Assembly: GCF_018350175.1 (NCBI RefSeq)
Contig: NC_058373.1
Location: forward strand, 107,076,001 to 107,140,000
Reading direction: 5' to 3'
Length of the DNA stretch: 64,000 nucleotides
DNA from: Felis catus
Taxonomy: Eukaryota
Below are positions 1 to 13,239 of the stretch, one piece after another. How positions within the stretch are numbered: the stretch's first letter is position 1; each line of letters opens with the position of its first letter. A model generated the notes under the pieces. The model was not told where the DNA came from. It saw only the letters and a list, made by a program, of their open reading frames with translations, and made no database searches. Both the position numbers and the translations under genes were made by a program.

Positions 1-41
1 ATAAGAAAACAGGGCTCACATTACTTGCTCAGCCACAGGAC

Positions 42-1016
42 CAGGGAAGAATCCAGAGTTTGTAGGCCTTGAAGTTTAAATAATTTGGAGGGGAGGATGC
101 CCTATAAGGTAAAGGATATAAAATTATGAGTACAAAATTGGACGTAAAAAATCACAACAACTATAAAATTTTTAAACTGAGCAAATACAACACACATTAC
201 AAAATCCAAATAACAAAATCATTTTATTAATTGTCACATATACCTCTAGAATAGTTTTTTCCCTACTTTTTTCTCCTATGTGTTCTTTGATTGCTTCTAT
301 ATATGACAACAATTTTACAGTACAGTCTTGAAAGATAATTTAGTCTTTAGTATGGGTTGGTTTTTAATATTTTTATTATTCAGATTTTAGAAAAGTTTCA
401 GTTTCATAGCTCATTATTGGCAATGCCATATGTAATTTTTTAGACTGGTATCAAATTTGGGAAAGCCTCTAGGAAGTTTCTTTCGTATGTGAACATAAGA
501 TGTGAGGACATTTTCAGTTTCCTTGAACGGTGACCCATCTTAAGTAACCTTTGCATTGACAACACTCATTAACCAGTTTGTAATCAAAGGCCTTACATAT
601 TCGTGTTGTGACACATAAATCAGCACAACAGAAGTAGGAATATTCCTACAAGACATCCCTGCACCAAAAGAGCTAGCAATAGCCTAACAATACACAGAAA
701 TGACAACAAACCATAAAAATATGTACCACTAAACCCAAACTGTATCCCCAACTCAAGTTCACTTTAGCTACCGGATAGAAAAATGACTGGTTACTCCAGT
801 GGTGCCCAGCACTAGGGGAAGTGACAAAGGGAAAATAGAAGTGCACAGAGACAGTGGTCTATTATAGTTAAATTACCTATTTTGCAAAGTTTCCAAAAAT
901 GCATGATCATGTGAGCATATTGCTAGGATCCCTCCCAGGGCCTTTGAGAAGGGGTCTGTGCAAGTAAGGTATCTTGCAACGTTAGTGTTGCTTGCTTCCA
1001 GGTAATTCTGCCTCTG
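42..1016. mobile_element. Old hAT-Tip100 DNA transposon remnant (Arthur1/MER69-like)
   Basis: Starts cagggaagaatccagagtttgtaggccttgaagt and ends ggtaattctgcctctg, which are decayed terminal inverted repeats. AT-rich interior. Resembles the Arthur1 consensus as I remember it. Confidence 0.55.
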
Positions 1017-2024
1017 CACAGGCCAAGTATTTCTTTTTCTGTTTCTTTTTTCTTTCCTTTCTTTTCTACTTCCTTCCTTCCTTCCTACCTTCCTTCCTAC
1101 ATGTCTTTCAGAACAGGCTTTCTGACTCCAGGTTTTCTTTTATCCAGGACAATATGTATTTCCCCAGAAAGTTTTTACAAAGTTTTACTCAAAAGCTGTT
1201 TTTAAAGGTGTTTCATTGATAGAGGGAAAGTGAGTTTCAGATTACAAATATAGAGCTGGCCTTGGGTAGGACTGGGAGACAGACAGGTTATCCCTTAGAA
1301 CCTCACCTTTCCTTTTGAGGATTTTTCACTTTGCCTCCTTACAGGTGTCACATCACAAACTGTCAGAAACCCTCAGTGCTCTCTACCCTCCCTTGATCAA
1401 AATCTATTCTCAGTTGTTACCAAAAAATCAGATAAGCCAATTCACATTGACATACAAATAGCTGCTAAAAGCTTAATGAATTACCTACAGATGGGGGCCT
1501 AGGAGGGTACTTACTAACTGCTAGGAGATAATCCTTTAATTCAATAAACCCAAATCACTAATGGTAACAATTCAGACATCACTGGTAAGCTAGTACAAAA
1601 TTATTTTTGGTTGGAAGAGAGCCAGGAATCCTTCAAGTCATTCCATGGAAGTAGATGACTGCTTCTTGGGTCAAATAGAACCAATATTAAAAATAGAGTA
1701 AAGTAAAAATAAACTTGTTGGGCCCCCAGCTTTCCCCTTAAATTGCAATTCCTTCTCTATCATTCGTTCTACCACCAGACTTTGTAAGAGAGGAAAGAGT
1801 AGTCTACATTCTTTGCCTCCATTTCTTCACTAGATACTTCTTAACTTCTTGCAATCTGGCTTTTACTGGCATTATTCCATCATAACTGTCCCCTCAAAGT
1901 CACTCTACTGGGTCCTCAACTACTCAGCCTGTTGATCTTCAACAGTGTTGAGCATCCCTTCCTTCTAAACAGGGCCAAAATTATGTTGAAGCAAGCAAGA
2001 TGCCTAAGGTATAACATTTAAGGA

Positions 2025-2027
<3 letters not shown>

Positions 2028-2076
<49 letters not shown>

Positions 2077-2186
2077 CCTCCCTCTCTCCCTCTCTCCCTC
2101 TCTCCCTCTCCCCCCCTCCCTCCCTCTCCTTCTCCCCCTCCCCCTCTCCCTCCCCTCCCTCTCCCCCCTCTCCCCCCTCTCCCCCA
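2028..2186. repeat. (TC)n microsatellite grading into a C/T-only low-complexity tract
   Basis: Directly visible. It produces the spurious ORFs 1981-2187 and 2026-2229. Confidence 0.97.
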
Positions 2187-2829
2187 CCGTACCCCCTCAG
2201 AGTTCTACAGGTTTAGGGGTGGCATCTGAGAGTACCTCCTAAATTTTGCACAACAAATGCCTCACTTCTGAGCTTCTCACCATATTCACATCGTGGCCTG
2301 CAATTTGCTGCCTTCTTGTTTTTGTTCATTCTGCAGGCGTAAGTAGACTTCCATGCTTTGTGCCTCCCCTGCACTCCTTCCTACCTTCTGATAGCAGCAC
2401 TCTTAGGAACTGCTCTTCCCAATTTGATGTTTCCAGTGGGGCTGGCAAACATAGTACCTGCCTTCCCAACTCACAGCAGAGTATAATCAGCAAACTGGGC
2501 CAGTCTTTCCAAAATTTCTGAGTTGGAAGCAGAGAAGTAACTCTCTCTTTACTCTTGGTTGAAAGCAGTTAAGAATATGATGCCACAGTTATTGACAATC
2601 ATGTCACCTGTTACAAGAAGGAGCCTGTTAGGAGAAGAGGCAGAATGGAGGAAGGAGAGACAGAAAAGGCTAATGCTGATAAAGTCTTTGTATGCTATTG
2701 ACACTAAAGGTAGCTCCAGTCTTGTCTATTCTGGTTTTGGTTACAGGAGTGAATATAGTACCCTCCTACTTTTTCTTTCTTTTTTAAGCTACTTTGAGTT
2801 TCTGTCACTCTCCAAACAAGACTGCTGAG

Positions 2830-3175
2830 ATATATCATAGAATGTTTTCCTTTTTCATCATCCCATCTCCATAGGTACCTAGATACAAGTTTCATGGCTC
2901 AACTCAAAGGTCATTTTCCTCCCAGGAAAATGGGAGGGCCTTCCTTGATCCATAGGATTTAACTAATCTCTCCTTTCTTTGAACTGCTGTGCCATTTTAT
3001 GCATCTATCATAGTTAATTTAGCTTCGTGTCTTATATCTACTACTATACTACATGTTCTTCCAGGGCAAGATCCATAATCTTTGTAATCCTCTAAGAACT
3101 GAGTGCAGGATCTTTGACACAGCAAACAAATCAATAGATTTTTGCAGAATGAATGAATCAAATGGATGAATGAAA
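2830..3175 (+). mobile_element. L2 LINE 3' end remnant
   Basis: Contains cagggcaagatccataatctttgtaatcc...gacacagcaaacaaatcaatagatttttgcagaatgaatgaat, with the L2-type (GAAT)n tail. Confidence 0.6.
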
Positions 3176-4068
3176 ATAACTAAAGGATACCTAGAATCTT
3201 TATGTTTAATTTTAGGAAACTTTAGTGTGAATAATCTGAAGTTCTATAAAAATGGCCTTTTTTTTCCTAAAAGAAAAATAAAAGAAGGAATGGCCCACTG
3301 ATTGCTAGGGAAGATGGTGAATGTTAAAGATACTTTAAAGAATGTTAAAGTTCTTCAAAATGTGGGAAATGAGACCTATAAGTTTATATTTACTTATATC
3401 TGAATACATAAACCCTGGAATAATACACAAGAAACTGTAAACAGTAGTTTCAAGTTCGAGTCTGGAGGAGCAACTGAGCAGATGGGGACAGAGGTGGAAG
3501 AGAGGCTTTTCACTGTACACTTTGTATATTTTAATTTGCTTAACCATGTGAATCATTGCCTATTCAAAAGTTAAGTTAAAATTAAGTGAATAATAATAAC
3601 TAAATAAAAATATTTTGTGGTAGAGATTAGCAACCTAGAAGACGAAAGCAAAAACCTACCTTCCTAATGTAATGTGCATGTAGTGATAGCACAACGGTCT
3701 TGTTTAAAAAGTGAAATAGCTCAAATAATTTGTATAGAAATGAAAATAATGTGGTCTGGAAAATTCTGTTAGAGATCTCAAAAAATGGAGTAAATAGCCC
3801 TGGTAATGATAGTGACATTAATGTTGAAGCTAAATTCAAAGGATTCAAATAATATTGTTTCATATTTTTTTTAAAAAAAGGATAACAGAAATCAGAATTC
3901 TCCATCTACTAATTAGTGTTTTTCTTTCCAGTTAAAAAGAAAAAGGTCCTCTTAGAACTTACTGAAATTTACACTTTCAGATGGGTGAATTTTGTTGTAT
4001 GTAAATTATACCTCAATAAAGCTGATTTTAAAAAGATGTAAAATGTTACATTGAAAGTGACCTTAGAG

Positions 4069-4985
4069 GCTAGTATCCAAAATCTATAAAGATGTCACCA
4101 AACTCCACACCCGAAAAACAAATAATCCAGTAAAGAAATGGGCAGAAAACATGAATAGACACTTCTCTAAAGAAGACATCCGGATGGCCAATAGGCACAT
4201 GAAAAGATGCTCAACGTCACTCCTCATCAGGGAAATACAAATCAAAACCACACTCAGATATCACCTCACGCCAGTCAGAGTGGCCAAAATGAACAAATCA
4301 GGAGACTATAGATGCTGGAGAGGATGTGGAGGAATGGGAACCCTCTTGCACTGTTGGTGGGAATGCAAACTGATACAGCCACTCTGGAAAACAGTGTGGA
4401 GGTTCCTCAAAAAATTAAAAATAGACCTACCCTATGACCCAGCAATAGCACTGCTAGGAATTTACCCAAGGGATACAGGAGTACAGGTGCATAGGGGCAC
4501 TTGTACCCCAATGTTTATAGCAGCACTCTCAACAATAGCCAAATTATGGAAAGAGCCTAAATGTCCAACTGATGAATGGATAAAAAAACGGTTTATATAC
4601 ACAATGGAATACTACGTGGCAATGAGAAAGAATGAAATATGGCCCTTTGTAGCAACATGGATGGAACTGAAGAGTGTTATGCTAAGTGAAATAAGCCATA
4701 CAGAGAAAGACAGATACCCTATGGTTTCACTCTTATGTGGATCCTGAGAAACTTAACAGAAACCCATGGGGGAGGGGAAGGAAAAAAAAAAAGAGGTTAG
4801 AGTGGAAGAGAGCCAAAGCATAAGAGACTCTTAAAAACTGAGAACAAACAGGGTTGATGGGGGGGTGGGAGGGAGGGGAGGGTGGGTGATGGGTATTGAG
4901 GAGGGCACTTTTTGGGATGAGCACTGGGTGTTGTATGGAAACCAATTTGACAGTAAACTTCATATATTAAAAAAAAAAAAAAAAA
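4069..4985 (+). mobile_element. Young 5'-truncated felid L1 (ORF2 C-terminus, 3'UTR, polyA)
   Basis: ORF 4151-4747 is the L1 ORF2 C-terminus (CWRGC...HCWWECK). G-rich 3'UTR, long polyA, and a perfect 16-bp TSD gaaagtgaccttagag at 4053-4068 and 4986-5001. Confidence 0.97.
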
Positions 4986-5719
4986 GAAAGTGACCTTAGA
5001 GATTTTGTCTAGTCATCTCCAGTCTTTTCTTCCAAGCATACTTTTATTTTGTTTTCAATTATGAACTCTCAAATCTTGAAAGATTTTGTGACCTAAATGA
5101 AGTTATATAAACCACTGTGATGTTAAAAAAAGCAATAAAATTACATAGGTTTACAGACCAAAAAAAAAAAAGTCTTAACCTCGTTCTACTAGTTTAAAAG
5201 TTGAAAGTCAGGTCTTTTGACACATTTTCTACTTAGATACTAATTTATAATCAGCTAAAATAGTATTCCTATTAGCTAAAGGAAGCAGCTTGGGTTTTTT
5301 TTTTCTTTTTAATTTTTATTTAAATTCTAGTTAGTTAACATTGGTTTTTGATTGATTTATAGCATCTTAACTAGTAATTTATTAGTTATTCTCTCTCATG
5401 AAGAAGCACTTTTTCTCATGAAGAAGTATCTTTACTGTCAACACCCCAGTGGTATCATTGTTACAGATTAGCAAACTGGCCAGAAATCCATTCATTCATT
5501 CAATCATCCTGTAATCATCTGTCCATTCATTCAGCATATATTGAGTACATAATATGTGCAAGGCATTTGCCTCTTTCCACTCACAATAAAAATCTCTTAA
5601 TCTTTTGACAGTTTAAATAATTATTGGTAAATGACTACTTGATAGGTAGAGATCAGAAAGGAAAACTTAGCCACATTAAGCAACTTCAGATTTTTAAACC
5701 TTAATGAATTACATTATAT

Positions 5720-5835
5720 TTTTTAAGATTTTACTGTTTTTTTTTAAGTAATCTCTACACCCTATGTGAGACTTGAACTTTCAATCCGGAGATCAAGAGT
5801 TGCATGCTGTACCAACTGAGCCAGTAAGGTGCCCC
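5720..5835 (-). mobile_element. Short, older Can-SINE (tRNA-derived)
   Basis: Ends in ctgagccagtaaggtgcccc, the reverse complement of the SINE head. Decayed TSD aatgaatta(c/t)att. Confidence 0.8.
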
Positions 5836-5859
5836 AATGAATTATATTCTTGGACTTGG

Positions 5860-6500
5860 AAAGAAAGTATTGAGGTAGTGTGTGAGTCCAGAAATCTTAG
5901 AGAATCAATGGACAATGGGAGAAGTGCCAGAATCCTGGAATGGGAAGATAATCTCCTTAGCTCAGAAAGAGGAAAAAGGGTAGATTTTAGAAACCGTAAA
6001 TTGAGACATTAGTTCTCTAGCTGCAGAGAAGACCACAGTGCAGTGCCACAAGTTACCTTTATTTATTTGTTTGTTTGTTTATTTATTTATAATTTAAAAA
6101 CAATTTTTTAAGGTTTACTTATTTTTGAGAGAAAGACAGCATGGGTAGGGGAAGGGCAGATAGAGAGGGAGAAAGAGAATCCCAAGCAGGCTCCGTGTTG
6201 CCAGCACAGAGCCTGATGTGGGGCTTGAACTCTCGAAACTGCGAGATCATGACCTGAGCTGAAACCAAGAGTTGGAGGCTTAACCGACTGAGCCACCCAG
6301 GTGCCCTTACAAGTCACCATCTTAAGTCAACATTTTTATTCTGGACTTAGATGAAGGTTAAAAAAAGTGTCATGTTTTTTAAAGGTACAGAATTATAACT
6401 AAAAATAATAATTAATATGATGGATGATAGAAAGAAAATTCAAGATGATCCCACTAAACTGGAGTGATGGGTCAAAACTGGCAAGATAAACTTTAATAGG
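5860..6500 (+). mobile_element. L3/CR1 LINE ORF2 remnants, interrupted by a Can-SINE
   Basis: Translates to GEVPESW (about 5918-5938) and DDRKKIQDDPTKLE*WVKTGKINFNR (about 6423-6500). These match the CR1 motifs GEVPEDW and IQxDLxxLExWAxxNxMxFN. Confidence 0.7.
6059..6307 (-). mobile_element. Can-SINE
   Basis: T-rich tail, GA tract and head ending ctgagccacccaggtgccc. TSD-like acaagt(t/c)acc on both sides. Confidence 0.93.
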
Positions 6501-7689
6501 TCTCTCCCAAACTTCTAGGCATTAAGAACATGTAACTACAAAATAAGGTCACAGGATCACAGGTCACACTTCCACTAAATACAGTGGAAATTACAGTGGA
6601 CTCAGTTGGCTTGGTTGAAGTAAGCTACCTTGGTTGAAGAAAGTTCCGCATATTGTGTTACAAGTGTTTTTATGTTTTTCTGCTATGACCACCTTGTCTT
6701 GATACCACACTCTTGCTGATATATGAGACTACCTCGCCAGTAGGCACAGCTGTCTCTGCCTATGATCCCTTCACTGTAACTTCTCTGGCTTCAACGAAGA
6801 AGATTCTGTTCTCCCTTTTTCACCTCCATCCATGTAGGACAGACTCCCCACTAAAATCCCTGAAGCATAGCTAATGTGAAGCCACAACTTCTGAATAAAA
6901 TTTTACTTAAGAGTTAGGGGATAACAGGAAATGTAAAGCAGGAAATTCAAGTGCTACTAGAAGTGACTATTATCAGAGCCCATAATTTAGTTAATAACAG
7001 TGTGCCAAAGTTAAGCCTGGTTTTTCCATTGTACAATGGTTAAGTAAATAGTTAACATTAGGGAAAACTGGGTGAAGCATATATATGAAATCTTTGCACT
7101 ATTTTTGCACATTTTCTAAAATTATTATAAAAAGTAAAAAGGATACCATCAGCTTTCTGGGGTCAATTAAGAAGGCTTCAGCATGTTTGTGCTTTCAGGT
7201 GGGAGTGATAGAGTGTCAAATAGACATGTGCTTATTCATGTGATGAATCAAACTGCAAAAAAAAAAAAAAAATTTGCATAATTTTAATTCTCTCAATGAA
7301 AAACATTAAATTGATTTCCTCTTTCATCTCCACCCCCCCCCCCCCCACCCCACACACACACCTGAAGAGGCCTTCAAAACATATCCTGTGTTAGGATTAC
7401 CAAATTACCTTAGCTGAGTCACTATGAATCACCAGGGACATTCTGGTTTTTAATTTACATCTACTTGTTGATAAGGCATTCCCTAATCAATGTTTTTCAG
7501 AATTCTTTAAAATGTAGTTTCTTACTCTTGAACCTCTGCCACAAAATATACATGTTGTCTCTGAGTTACTTCTTAAACTTGTGTGACTGCTATTGCCTTC
7601 TGCATAGATTCTTTTGTTCTCCCCCTTCTATAAAAGGGGTTTAGCAGTTATCCAAGGATATCAAAGCTGCATCACTATTTTTTATAGTT

Positions 7690-7901
7690 TAAATTTTTAA
7701 AAATTTTTAATGTTTATTTCCTTTTTAGAGAGAGAGTGAGAGTAGGGGATGGGCAGAGAGAGAGGGAGACACAGAATTCAAAGCAGGCTCCAGGTTCTGA
7801 GCTGTCAGCACAGTCTGATGTGGGGCTCGAACTCACAGACCACGAGATCATGACCTGAGCTGAAGTTGGATGCTTAACTAACTGAGCTACCCAGGCACCC
7901 C
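7690..7901 (-). mobile_element. Can-SINE
   Basis: Standard body (gcaggctccaggttctgagctgtcagcaca...ccaggcacccc). Confidence 0.93.
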
Positions 7902-9744
7902 AAGATGCATTTTACACCCCAAGATGTAAAATATGACAAAGACTATTTCTGGTTCCTTTTCCCCCTCATTATGTCACGTTGGAATTTGAGAGAAGTCCTG
8001 GGGACCTTCCCCATCTCAGAGAAAGTTCCAAGGACTTCCAAAGGGAGCTTACTGCTACACTCACTATTGACTAATTGGAGAGGAAGGGTGAATACGTGCA
8101 GAGTGAAAGCATTGGCAGGTATTTTGAAGGTGGAATTGGAAAAGAAAACAAGTATCTCTTTAAAGTTTAAAGTCCTCACACTTTCCTATATACTCTTAGA
8201 GAATTTCTTTGCTCTATAAATTTTTGGTATAGAAATTACTGAATTTTGAAGACAAATATCTATCATTTCTGGTTTTTGGACTATATTCTAGATAGATTGC
8301 CAATCAGATTTCTTCTTTTGATCCAAGGCCTTATTCTTTTAAGAAATAAATCCAAAGAAGTTAAAAATTAGTAAGCCTTTCAATTTGTATCTTACGGAAC
8401 TTCCTTTGCAGCTAACCAGCAGGCCAAGAGAAAATACTACAGTTCAAATTAAGTATGTCAGATTCAATAGACTGTCTACTCCTCCTGTTTGCAGAATCTC
8501 TGGGCAATCATACAGACTTGGGTTACAAATCTGTTTACCTAGTATCACTACTACTCTAGTGGAGAGAACACATTTCTCAGCTGATGCATTAATCAATAAT
8601 TAATTATAAAATCACAGTAAAGAGCTACACATAAAAGCCAAGGAACTTTCTCCAACTGAATTAACTTGTCTGATTTTCTGTCAATACATTCATCCTTTGT
8701 ACCTGGGGCCTTTTGGTGGGGACCTGTGGCTTTACTCCTTCCATTGTCTCAAGTCCCCTGACTTCTACTGCCTCCAGCATGGGCTCTGAAGAGCTCTTGT
8801 TTGGCACTAAGGGAATCGACATCAAGGCAGCCTGTTTTCCATCTTATACCTCAGATTTGATACCTTGAGTTTGACCGTGCTTCCAAAACCAAGCCCTTGC
8901 CTTCTCTCTGGTTCTAGTGCCTTAAATACTTATCTTGATAATCTGCCCACATTCCTAGCCTCTGTACTTTACCTCAGTCTTTACTTCACTCATGCTAGTC
9001 TGTGTATTCATTCCCTATCCTATCCACATCACTTGAATACTATCCCTAAGTCCCAATCCCGGAGGTGGAACCCTATTACTAGCCGCCAATTCTCTCTAAT
9101 GCTGAGCACCAAGAAGCCATACTCTGTCCACCTGGACTTCTTCCTACTGCCCACAGAAAGGTGTGTTATTCAGTCTAACCTTTTCCCCGTGAGTGTGTCA
9201 CCCCATCACAGACCACAGTCCCAGCCCTAACCCCATATCTTTCTCTTTCTCATATTATATTATGTCTTAAGGACAACAGCATATCCCAGATGTATCTTAC
9301 ATAAGTATTTCTCAAAACTATGTTCAAGGTAATTGTGCTAATCATTGCTCTCCTTCTAGTTGAGAGCACTTACACCAAAGAACAGTATGGTCCAAAAGAA
9401 CATCAAAATTTGTATGATGGTGCTGATAAAGAATAATTCAAATAATTAAATCCAAAACCTTCAAAATTCAACCTCATATAGGTAATCTTCAGTTTTCTGC
9501 TGACCAGATGCTGTAAAACTATACCCAATTTACAAATGTCTTCTACAGTACTACTTTAAGGGTGGTCCCTGAAGCTTGCTTAGAAATACAGAATCTCAGA
9601 CTCCCACCCCAAACCTACTGACTGAATTGGAAACTTCTGTAACAAAATCTCCAAATTTGAAAAAGCACTTTTCTAGAGTTCTTAGAACCTTAACTATTTA
9701 TGTTTTCTTCAATAGCTTTGGAAAACACATAACTATTTTTTGTC

Positions 9745-10288
9745 TTTGCACTATTCCAATTTGAAGCACCACCTCTCCCCCATTCTGTGTGGATGTGACA
9801 GGGTTGCTAATCAGTATCTTACCTCCACTCCCCATCACCACCAGGGAAGGGTGAGCCTGTGAGCCAGGCCAAGTTAACCCCAGGGAATAGTGACTGGTCT
9901 GAATGGCCAGTTTGGCAAGTTATCCAACACAGAGCAATCAATATTCATGAAATTTTCCAAATTAGAGGCCGATAGTTTTCTCTTTCCCTTTAGAGCTGAA
10001 AGTGTAGAGCAATGACACCAGCAATGACATCTGCAATTGCCAGAGGCCATATTTCTGTCATAGGGAGAAATGCCCTATAAAATAGAAAAGAACAATGAGG
10101 CTGAAAGGAGAGACAGATAAGGAAGGAGAATCTTGAAAGCATCATTTGAGACCCTGGATCCAGGTATGCCCAAAGTCAGATGTTCTTCAAATGTTCCTCA
10201 GTTATGTGAACAGATGAGTCTTTTTTGCATTTAAACTGGTTTGTATTGGGCTTCTTTCATTTGGACCCATGCTTCTTGATTAATACAC
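9745..10288 (+). mobile_element. Old ERVL-class solo LTR (LTR16/LTR33-like)
   Basis: The 3' part atcatttgagaccctggatccagg...cagttatgtgaac...aataca is typical of old ERVL LTRs. Confidence 0.5.
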
Positions 10289-11511
10289 AGCTGATTGCCA
10301 TAATATTTATTATTTTTTATTAGTCCAATGAGTTTATTTTCTTAATCATTTTTCCCCATTAATTTTCTAAGCTGACAACCATTTGTGGATTTTGGAGGGC
10401 TACTATAAGAGCTCCAAACTTGAACTGTTTTTCCTGATAGTATATTTATTCTACCGTCCCTTGGGAACCCCCCTGAATCTCCTAAGAACCCTCTAAAGAG
10501 CACCTCTTTCTTGTCAAAGCTGACATTTGTGCAGGTTTTTCCTCCCTGATTGGCAATGTTTCTGAATATTTTTCAAATCTTATATATGAATACTTAGTAG
10601 AGAGAACAATAGATTGGCCCATCTATAAGTGGATTCAGAAAACACTTAATGGAAGCTCCATGCATTAATTCTACAAGAAGAGCCACTGGACACATTGTAA
10701 TAAAGATGAAGGATCTAAGTGATTACAATGCTTTGCTTTCGAAAACACTGAGTGCATCACAGCCATTTTAGAAGATTGCTTCAGCTCAGATCATTTGGTA
10801 AAGCTAAAGCAAAGGAATAGAAACATTTGCCTTAGAGAACCGATTCTAACTTGTTACAGGGCAGATGTGAACCATCACATTTATCCACTTATCCTTGGAA
10901 TCTAGAGACAATAAATGTGTATATAGTGAAACAGAAGGGGATCATCTAAAATCATTTTTTTTTTCTGTCTGAAAGAGATGTAGCCATGATAACATGATAA
11001 AGCTCTTTTTTACTTGGTTTAAAAATAACCACTTCTCTGTAACACTGGAGTTAGTCTAATGTGTGAGGGGGGGAAACCCTCAGAAACACTTCCAAACCAC
11101 ACCCATACAGTAAGGTCATTAATAGGGCCAACAGTTCTGCATTCAACATAATTGATTTATGTAAACTGGTTAGCATTACTCTATTTCATGGTCACAGAAG
11201 CTACCTCAACCATGTTTTACGATTGTATTTTACTTGTTACAAAAAAAGCCCATAAACAGTGTTAGTGGCGATGAGGCCAATGATTCATCTACCCTGTGGT
11301 TTTATTTTTCTTTTTTTCTAACTATATAACCTATTTAGGTGGAGAAAAGGCCAGGAAGTCCTCTTATTCTACATATTCTCACTTTCTAAGGAAAAAGGAA
11401 CTTGATAATAACAAAGTGTCAACCACAGGTAAATTTACAAGAAAAAAATAGTAGCAATTCTGTAAATATTTTCATTTAACACACCAATAGGAGTACTTTA
11501 AAGCCACAACT

Positions 11512-11731
11512 GGGGCGCCTGGGTGGCGCAGTCAGTTAAGCGTCCAACTTCAGCCAGGTCACGATCTCGCGGTCCGTGAGTTCGAGCCCCGCGTCAGGCT
11601 CTGGGCTGATGGCTCAGAGCCTGGACCCTGTTTCCGATTCTGTGTCTCCCTCTCTCTCTGCCCCTCCCCCGTTCATGCTCTGTCTCTCTCTGTCCCAAAA
11701 ATAAATAAACGTTGAAAAAAAAATTTTTTTT
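11512..11731 (+). mobile_element. Young felid Can-SINE (SINEC_Fc type)
   Basis: Head ggggcgcctgggtggcgcagtc with CpGs largely intact. TSD aaagccacaact at 11500-11511 and 11732-11743. Confidence 0.97.
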
Positions 11732-12009
11732 AAAGCCACAACTTAAGACAACATTAGTGATGTACTGTAATTATAAAGCTTCCTTCTGAAAAATTGGAAG
11801 AATTCCAACTATGTATGCATATAAAAAGTAGGAGCTTTGCAGTATCTTGTCCAGGCTTGTTACTAAGCTATACTGCCTTACATACGTGCTACGCTGCCTT
11901 ATATACATGTGCCCTCCAATACAGTAGCCACTGGCCACATATAACTATTGAGTACTTGAAATAGAAATTTTGCTTGACATGTGCTGAAAGTTTAAAATAC
12001 ACACTGGCT

Positions 12010-12227
12010 GGGGGGCCTTGGTGGCTCAGTTGGTTAAGCGTTCGACTTCAGGTCAAGATCTCCCAGTTTGTGAGTTTGAGACCCATGTCGGGCTCTGTGC
12101 TGACAGATCAGAGCCTGGATCCTGCTTCGGATTCTGTGTCTCCCTCTCTCTCTCTGCCCCTCCCTCGCTCACACACACACACACTCTCTGTCTGTCTAGA
12201 ATAAGTAAACATTAAAAAAAATTAAAT
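12010..12227 (+). mobile_element. Can-SINE inside MER33
   Basis: Perfect 16-bp TSD aaaatacacactggct at 11994-12009 and 12228-12243. Confidence 0.95.
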
Positions 12228-12359
12228 AAAATACACACTGGCTTTTGAAGACTTAGTTCTAAAGAAATAATTAAAATATCTTATTAATACTTGTTTATAT
12301 TAAATACATACTGAAATGATGATATCTTGGATATATTGGGTTAAATGAAAGATATTAAT

Positions 12360-12577
12360 GGGCACCTGGGTGTCTCAGTCAATTAATCGTCCAACTTTGG
12401 CTTAGGTCATGATCTCACTGTTTCTAAGCTCGAGTCCCATGTGGGGCTCTGTGCTGACAACCCAGAGCTTGGAGCCTGCTTCAGATTCTATGTCTCTCTC
12501 TCTCTGCCCCTCCCCTGCTCACACTCTGTATCTCTCTCTCTCTCAAAAATAAATAAACATTTAGGAATTTTTAATAA
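12360..12577 (+). mobile_element. Can-SINE inside MER33
   Basis: Head ggggcacctgggtgtctcag, CT tract, A-rich tail. Decayed TSD aaatgaaagat. Confidence 0.93.
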
Positions 12578-12639
12578 AAATGAAAGATTAAAATTAATTT
12601 TTACCTATTTCTCATTAGTTTTTAAGATATGACTCTTCA

Positions 12640-13190
12640 AGAAGATATTTACAAATGACATGTCAGATAAAGTATTAGTATCCAGAATCTATACAGCACT
12701 TAGAAAACCACATCCCAAAAATGAATAATCCAATTAAAAAATGGGCAGAAGACATGAATAGACATTTTTCCAAAGAAGACATCCAAATGGCAAACAGACA
12801 CATGAAAAGGTGCTCAACATCACTGATCATCAGGGAAATGCAAATCAAAACCACAATGAGATATCACTTCACCTGTCAGAATGGCTAAAATCAATAACAC
12901 AAAATACAACAAGTATTGGCAAGGATGTGGAGAAAGGGGAATCCTCTTGCACTGTTGGTGAAAATACAAATTGGTGCAGCCACTCTGGAAAACAGTATGG
13001 AAGTTCCTCAAAAAGTTAAAAATAGAACTACTCTATGATTCAGCAATTGCACTACTCGGTATTTACCCAAAGAATACAAAAATACTAATGCAAAGGGATA
13101 CATGCACCCTTATGTTTATAGCAGCATTATCTACAATAGCTAAATTATGGAAATAGCCCAAGTGTCCATTGAATGGATAAAGAGGATGTG

Positions 13191-13239
<49 letters not shown>

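Noticed and set aside
1981..2229. Low-complexity ORFs (ER/GR-rich, Pro-rich; also the YI/HT/CV ORFs at 13785-14228 and 23293-23755)
   Set aside because: They are translations of microsatellites.
4151..4747. Longest ORFs (also 15044-15667, 23961-24488, 56446-57298, 62527-63162) as host genes
   Set aside because: All are L1 ORF2 fragments inside truncated retrotransposon copies.
5720..5835. tRNA gene (A/B-box-like sequence)
   Set aside because: It is a tRNA-derived Can-SINE with a tail and TSD. The same applies to all other SINE heads.
7411..7423. AP-1/NF-E2-like TGA(C/G)TCA motifs (also near 20881, 24801, 26669, 33762, 40649)
   Set aside because: A 7-bp motif is expected several times in 64 kb by chance, and there is no independent support.
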